Below, one piece after another: positions 62,301-64,000 of a stretch of 64,000 nt of DNA. Below the pieces are notes generated by a model. That model was not told the DNA's origin and did no database searches. It saw only the letters and a program-made list of their open reading frames with translations. Origin of the DNA: Euprymna scolopes (lineage: Eukaryota); NCBI GenBank assembly GCA_053919585.1, contig CM132784.1; one strand, written 5' to 3'. The translations under genes and the position numbers were made by a program. The first letter of the stretch is position 1, and every line of letters begins with the position of its first letter.

Positions 62301-62486
62301 AACGACAGTAGACTTTTCGTTTTAGTCGCTTTTAACATTTCTTTGTTGATTTTCTTCTTCCTTTCTAATTGTTTCCAGGTTGTGAATGAAGTGGATGACA
62401 GCCTGTACTGCCTCGATCATGCCCTCACTCATATCCAGAAAAAACGCAACCTGAAAGCCTGCAGACTTTATTACAGATACTCAGAT
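2849..62486 (+). CDS. JARID2: JARID2/Jumonji (PRC2.2 accessory subunit), 19 internal coding exons, 1513 codons in window; start and stop exons outside window
   Basis: Manually spliced GT-AG exon chain with consistent phases. Translation matches recalled human JARID2 in order: [19 protein letters not shown], JmjN, ARID, inactive JmjC, zinc finger. Confidence 0.97.
3591..4124. mobile_element. Degenerate TIR element (TAGTG...CACTA ends); related copy at about 40327-41938
   Basis: Terminal inverted ends and shared subterminal gaatcgga-like repeats. Confidence 0.45.
4482..4888. mobile_element. Long-TIR MITE (GGTTCTTGTCCAGAATT family); other copies 5448-6036, about 30330-30675, 32701-33013, 43582-43994, 61370-62062
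   Basis: About 100-bp imperfect TIRs (ccagaattc...gaattctgg; aaactacttgatcaatttacatgatttttgga) recurring six times. Confidence 0.8.
5678..5853. mobile_element. pogo/Tigger-like MITE nested in a long-TIR MITE; inverted second copy at 17418-17688
   Basis: CAGTAGAACCC-type TIRs flanked by TA; internal sequence shared in reverse with 17418-17688. Confidence 0.75.
6540..6962 (-). mobile_element. Decayed 3' end of the same APE-type LINE
   Basis: [19 protein letters not shown] motif and the shared 3'UTR (caccacttatc...ggataagggtt). Confidence 0.85.
7421..7560 (+). ncRNA. tRNA-derived SINE-like head followed by minimal type I hammerhead ribozyme (7514-7559)
   Basis: A box TAGCCGAATGG, B box GGTTCGAATC; then CCTGCA-CTGAAGA-stem II-GAAAC-ACTAGT-GTC-TGTAGG. 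Confidence 0.75.
7624..7968. repeat. Long imperfect palindrome (foldback/MITE-like), arms about 145 bp
   Basis: aatgtatcactgattagcata / tatgctaatcagtgatacatt; aggaattataataaagaaaaatccttaac / gttaaggatttttctttattataattcct. Confidence 0.9.
9385..9705. repeat. Minisatellite, about 37-bp unit, about 8 copies
   Basis: Recurring tttgaaatagcatttactttggtctgtcacgcttatg. Confidence 0.9.
10782..10927 (+). CDS. JARID2: JARID2 exon: K116-equivalent (AQRKFAQ) and PRC2/SUZ12-binding motif
   Basis: polyT-cag acceptor; [22 protein letters not shown]...[13 protein letters not shown]; donor G|GTCAGT. Confidence 0.96.
12155..12372 (+). CDS. JARID2: JARID2 exon ([13 protein letters not shown]..., Ser-rich)
   Basis: Continues CLRG-SSVLP (human CLRGSPALP); cag acceptor, GTAAGT donor, phases fit. 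Confidence 0.9.
15195..15766 (-). mobile_element. Non-autonomous Helitron-like element; similar ends at 8127, 12533, 15015, 22175 (+), 34660 (+)
   Basis: Minus-strand 5' TCTATATATTTATAAAAG plus microsatellite; degenerate 3' GC hairpin before a CTAG-like end. Confidence 0.6.
17106..17260 (+). mobile_element. Degenerate copy of U2 snRNA-headed retroposon; further degenerate copies at 16490-16525 and 17748-17925
   Basis: agtgtagtatctgttct (U2 branch-point recognition region) followed by fold-back arm and gaagaagaaatctttc stem. Confidence 0.6.
19312..19530 (+). mobile_element. U2 snRNA-headed SINE-like element
   Basis: cttggccttcgggacaagatcaaagtgtagtatctattctt matches U2 5' region; downstream shared with the 55975 copy. 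Confidence 0.8.
20690..21390. repeat. Interspersed repeat of unknown class; inverted copy at about 39165-39630
   Basis: ctggtggagtatccaacttc vs gaagttggatactccaccag; gacaaacccctgtacagaga vs tctctgtacaggggtttgtc. Confidence 0.75.
20874..21134 (+). mobile_element. 5'-truncated SINE with (ACCA)n tail
   Basis: 13-bp TSD ACCATTCCTGTGG at 20861-20873 and 21135-21147; high identity to four other copies. Confidence 0.92.
23045..23347 (-). mobile_element. Decayed APE-type LINE 3' end abutting assembly gap
   Basis: Shared 3'UTR and FYEQSFFPR motif. Confidence 0.75.
23477..23739. repeat. 18-bp pyrimidine-rich tandem repeat between N gaps
   Basis: (TTTCGTTTTCTTTTTTTC)n flanked by N runs from 23348-23476 and 23740 to about 24271. 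Confidence 0.9.
25048..25473 (+). CDS. JARID2: JARID2 exon, basic disordered region with RSPGRPP AT-hook-like motif
   Basis: cag acceptor, open phase 0-0 frame [11 protein letters not shown]...LRTLTK, AAG|GTAAGA donor, higher GC than flanks. Confidence 0.85.
25960..26310 (+). mobile_element. Decayed RTE-clade LINE 3' fragment; related pieces at 59090-59850 and 60187-60405
   Basis: Remnants of MRMIRWMCN...RLNL...[12 protein letters not shown]-terminal motifs. Confidence 0.6.
26363..26630 (+). mobile_element. 5'-truncated SINE
   Basis: TSD CCAATATCTTTCT at 26350-26362 and 26631-26643. Confidence 0.92.
27596..28940 (+). CDS. JARID2: JARID2 large exon (1345 nt): basic, poly-His/poly-Gln, RRRGRPP AT-hook
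   Basis: ttcag acceptor in frame with the 413-aa ORF 27725-28966; A|GTAAGT donor, phase 1 matches the JmjN exon. Confidence 0.9.
29095..29180. repeat. About 30-bp tandem triplication
   Basis: ggattagaacatcaataaaaaaa x3. Confidence 0.85.
29352..29700 (+). mobile_element. Full-length SINE with (CCAA)n tail
   Basis: TSD CCCTGTGAATTAA at 29339-29351 and 29701-29713; near-identical to 53147-53495. Confidence 0.93.
29776..29895 (+). mobile_element. Penelope-type repeat with degenerate minimal hammerhead; related pieces about 11800-11930, 24780-24890, 30780-30895, 61885-61965
   Basis: CTGAAGA...stem...GAAACGTT followed by the shared gatgag...cagtc...cctcatct tail. Confidence 0.5.
31000..31208 (+). 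CDS. JARID2: JARID2 exon: JmjN domain
   Basis: [40 protein letters not shown] is the JmjN consensus; AAG|GTAAGA donor. Confidence 0.97.
31741..32682. mobile_element. TIR element with about 50-bp GGTACTTG-type ends (Merlin-like)
   Basis: tacttgtgtggaatttgaactagatgtaactaac / gttagttacgtctagttcaaattctgcacaagta. Confidence 0.75.
34535..34605 (+). CDS. JARID2: JARID2 exon ([24 protein letters not shown])
   Basis: Matches human [20 protein letters not shown]; cag/gt boundaries. Confidence 0.93.
35905..36120 (-). mobile_element. Remnant of R4/Dong-type (restriction-like endonuclease) LINE C-terminus
   Basis: Minus-strand translation KEKISKY...[24 protein letters not shown]...[14 protein letters not shown], with frameshifts. 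Confidence 0.7.
36606..37533 (-). mobile_element. Non-autonomous Helitron-like element hosting a U2-SINE insertion
   Basis: 5' TCTATAAATATAAAAGCG end; 3' CCCGGGCAACGCCGGG hairpin just before the terminal TTAG. Confidence 0.75.
36988..37245 (-). mobile_element. Full-length U2 snRNA-headed SINE (258 bp) with TSD
   Basis: 24-nt exact U2 segment; A-rich tail; 15-bp TSD TGGCTTTYGGCCAGT at 36973-36987 and 37246-37260. Confidence 0.85.
37599..37680 (+). CDS. JARID2: JARID2 exon: ARID start ([15 protein letters not shown])
   Basis: Matches human WGPNVQRLACIKKHL; cag/GTTAGT boundaries. Confidence 0.95.
38300..38818 (+). mobile_element. 5'-truncated APE-type LINE 3' end
   Basis: 117-aa ORF homologous to 1977-2603; shared 3'UTR and A tail. 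Confidence 0.9.
40140..40265 (+). CDS. JARID2: JARID2 exon: ARID core
   Basis: [42 protein letters not shown]; cag/GTAAGT boundaries. Confidence 0.96.
41953..42748 (-). mobile_element. Non-autonomous Helitron-like element
   Basis: actag plus degenerate hairpin at left end; ctttatataatagaaga 5' terminus at right end. Confidence 0.6.
43082..43549 (+). mobile_element. Merlin-like MITE with long TIRs and 8-bp TSD
   Basis: GGTACTTGTACAGTTTAATCAAGACATT TIRs; TSD AAGTAAAG at 43074-43081 and 43550-43557. Confidence 0.88.
44214..44408 (+). CDS. JARID2: JARID2 exon: ARID C-terminal helices and linker
   Basis: [27 protein letters not shown] matches human [22 protein letters not shown]; 195 nt, phase 0-0. 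Confidence 0.95.
44564..45024 (-). mobile_element. Second, inverted copy of the Merlin-like MITE inserted in (ATT)n
   Basis: Same TIRs, internal region reverse-complementary to the 43082 copy; TSD ATTATTAT. Confidence 0.88.
45190..46950 (-). mobile_element. Decayed 5' part of APE-type LINE (endonuclease domain)
   Basis: ORF 46037-46762 with [26 protein letters not shown] endonuclease motifs. Confidence 0.85.
47975..48053 (-). mobile_element. Degenerate minus-strand copy of the U2-headed element
   Basis: Reverse complement reads atcaaagttcaatatctgttctg...ctcagtcggtgaaagaaatccttccagactga. Confidence 0.55.
48177..48269 (+). CDS. JARID2: JARID2 exon ([31 protein letters not shown])
   Basis: Matches human GRSVSLTTFYRTARN...PAEIE. 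Confidence 0.94.
48624..49654 (+). mobile_element. 5'-truncated APE-type LINE, RT core to polyA, inactivated
   Basis: YINDLP...YANDTTIY (YADD mutated), in-frame stops, shared 3'UTR, polyA 49637-49654. Confidence 0.93.
49797..49915 (+). CDS. JARID2: JARID2 exon ([19 protein letters not shown]...)
   Basis: Matches human EYWRLVEEKDCHVAVHCG; GTAAGT donor. Confidence 0.94.
50897..51812 (-). mobile_element. 5'-truncated APE-type LINE of a second subfamily
   Basis: 251-aa open ORF with [10 protein letters not shown] and YCCHIWAG; distinct 3'UTR; polyT tail. Confidence 0.92.
51856..52060 (-). mobile_element. Possible Penelope remnant: GIY-YIG-like C-terminus followed by hammerhead-like motif
   Basis: Minus strand [13 protein letters not shown], then CTGATGA-CAAC-loop-GTTG-GAAAC. 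Confidence 0.4.
52155..52440 (-). mobile_element. Decayed LINE 3' end; similar remnants about 33790-33950 (-), 54360-54580 (+), 57410-57535 (+), 61215-61365 (-), 62590-63010 (-)
   Basis: QSFFPRT motif and 3'UTR similarity. Confidence 0.65.
52832..52902 (+). CDS. JARID2: JARID2 exon ([24 protein letters not shown])
   Basis: Matches human [24 protein letters not shown]. Confidence 0.95.
53147..53495 (+). mobile_element. Full-length SINE
   Basis: TSD TCCTCTATCTCCTG at 53133-53146 and 53496-53509. Confidence 0.93.
53754..53868 (+). CDS. JARID2: JARID2 exon: JmjC N-half (non-catalytic)
   Basis: [39 protein letters not shown]; the Fe-binding HxE/D position reads SVN. Confidence 0.96.
55533..55638 (+). 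CDS. JARID2: JARID2 exon: JmjC middle ([20 protein letters not shown]...AVM)
   Basis: aag acceptor, GTGAGT donor; phases complete the W-Y motif. Confidence 0.92.
55975..56170 (+). mobile_element. U2 snRNA-headed SINE-like element
   Basis: ctcgggccaagatcagtgtagtatctgttct plus two hairpins; middle shared with the 19312 copy, 3' part shared with the 36988 copy. Confidence 0.8.
56751..56933 (+). CDS. JARID2: JARID2 exon: JmjC C-half
   Basis: [43 protein letters not shown]; distal His ligand replaced by Thr. Confidence 0.96.
57214..57344 (+). CDS. JARID2: JARID2 exon: post-JmjC helical region
   Basis: [25 protein letters not shown] resembles human FSMEKLLYQIAQAE; GTAAGT donor, phase 2. Confidence 0.9.
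58363..58618 (+). mobile_element. 5'-truncated SINE
   Basis: TSD TCCTGACCTAAA at 58351-58362 and 58619-58630. Confidence 0.92.
59955..60640 (-). mobile_element. Degenerate Helitron-like element containing a locally duplicated segment
   Basis: actag plus hairpin remnant at left; (CA)n and ccttataaa 5' end at right. Confidence 0.45.
60818..60989 (+). CDS. JARID2: JARID2 exon: helical region, basic NLS-like PKRKR, zinc-finger N-half
   Basis: [13 protein letters not shown] matches human ELRQRRQLFEAGL; [13 protein letters not shown] matches RCQICQHLCYLSM. Confidence 0.95.
62379..62486 (+). CDS. JARID2: JARID2 exon: zinc-finger C-half
   Basis: [36 protein letters not shown] matches human [23 protein letters not shown]...LMYRYD. 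Confidence 0.95.
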
Positions 62487-63120
62487 GTAAGTCTTTTTGT
62501 CATTCTTGCATTGCCTTTGTCTCTTTTCCACATGCTTTTTATTTTTACTCTTTTTCAATCTAAACAAGGCATGTTGCCACGTGATCATCTCTAACAGGGA
62601 ACCGTGGGGAGTTGAGCAGCAAGATATCACTTCACATTACATTTAAACTTCTGCAGTTTAGTATAGCCAGAAGCAGGAAACAGGGAGAGAATTCCAAAAT
62701 CTAGCAGTCCAAGGGAAGCAACTACTAGCGTAGAAGGCTTTCTGACATTTAGGGACCTCAACAGTGAAGTGGTGGAATTTTGCTGCTTGTCAGGTTAGTC
62801 AGGAGTGTGCGTGTTGAAGTGGGAGAGGGGGTACAAGTGATATGTGTCCATCAAAGCATATTGTAAAACGGGCACAGTGATGCAATATTGCGACAATGGG
62901 ATAGCGGTTGGAGTTTGGCTGATAGTGTGGGACCTATTAGATTTGAGACTCTTTGTAGCAGCCTTGGTAATGTTCTCAATATATTTGTTTCAATTCATGT
63001 TGCCTGTGAATGTAGTTAGGTCATCATCTTTCATTGTCACAGTATGTTTTCATCGATCAAGACTAAGTAAATGACAGTTCAAGAAGTATGGCATGGTTTG
63101 CTTGAAGCATTGTTAAAGAA

Positions 63121-63590
63121 TAAAAGGTGTTTTTGAAGACTTGCAATGAAGGAATGTACCGTCGTTATGAGCAAATAAATAACAAATAATTCAATGATTT
63201 TCTTTTTTAATTAATTTTTTTTTATTTATATTTATCTGCCTGAAATTTTTTTTTTCAACTGTGGATGGTACTTATTCCAAAGATCCTTTTGGGTAATAAC
63301 CCATCATCAATGAAGAAACAAATCCTCTCTCTAGGCTGTAAATTTTAATTACAATTTACAACCTAGAGAGAGGATTTGTTTCTCCATTTGATGATGGGTT
63401 ATTACCCAAAAGGATCTTTGGAATAAGTAGCATCCACAGTTGAAAAAAAATATTCAGGTTGATATATGAATATGAATAAAAATTTAAAAAAAAAAATGAT
63501 TGAATTATTTATCATTTATTAATTTATTTATTTATTTGCTCATAACGACTGTACATTCCATTCATTGTAAGCCTTCAAAAATACCTTTTA
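63121..63590. repeat. Long palindrome, arms about 220 bp, near-perfect inner 100 bp
   Basis: cttattccaaagatccttttgggtaataacccatcatcaa / ttgatgatgggttattacccaaaaggatctttggaataag; centre near 63348. Confidence 0.95.
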
Positions 63591-64000
63591 AATCATAGTT
63601 CATTTATTTATTAAACTCTTGTTAGAGAAAACATTTTTCTAAATCATGACATTAAAATTTGCATTAATTTCTACCTAATTTTCATAGGCAGAGGATTATG
63701 TTACTCAAAATGTGAAGCTTAGCCAAAATAAAAAAAGAGACAATTTTATATCTCGCTTCTTGCTCATGTTGTAACAGTCACACAACTAATTTCCACTCTA
63801 CACCTCAAATGGGAACAGAGTTGAAGTTTGTGCTTGCATCATTATGGGATGTATCTAGACCAGGGTTCTCCAAACAACATATCCAGCCCGACAAAGTCTT
63901 TAATACAGCCCGCGGAGCTCTTATGGAAAATGTAAAAATATTCAGGAAAAATTTCACAAATGGAAATGTGAGTATGGTGTGGTGGTTTTTCTTTTTGTTC

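Overview
AT-rich animal genomic DNA, probably an octopod cephalopod (my recollection of the dominant SINE-like repeat; not verified). The window lies inside one large plus-strand gene, JARID2 (Jumonji, a catalytically dead JmjC-family PRC2.2 accessory subunit). I spliced 19 internal coding exons (2849-62486, 4539 nt = 1513 codons) with GT-AG introns and consistent phases. They encode the N-terminal UIM, the K116-type RKFAQ motif, the SUZ12-binding [11 protein letters not shown] motif, His/Gln-rich disordered regions, AT-hook-like motifs, JmjN, ARID, pseudo-JmjC and the C5HC2-type zinc finger. The first and last exons lie outside the window. Introns hold 5'-truncated APE-type LINEs, RTE and R4/Dong remnants, a SINE with clean TSDs, non-autonomous Helitrons, Merlin-like and pogo-like MITEs, a decayed mariner and long palindromes. 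The most unusual signals: (1) a dispersed, TSD-flanked retroposon headed by the 5' end of U2 snRNA, with the branch-point recognition sequence folded into a hairpin that is kept across copies; (2) a tRNA-headed element carrying a near-canonical minimal hammerhead ribozyme; (3) a Tyr (TAC) codon at a zinc-finger Cys position that one A-to-I edit would restore. Most short ORFs in the supplied track are spurious.
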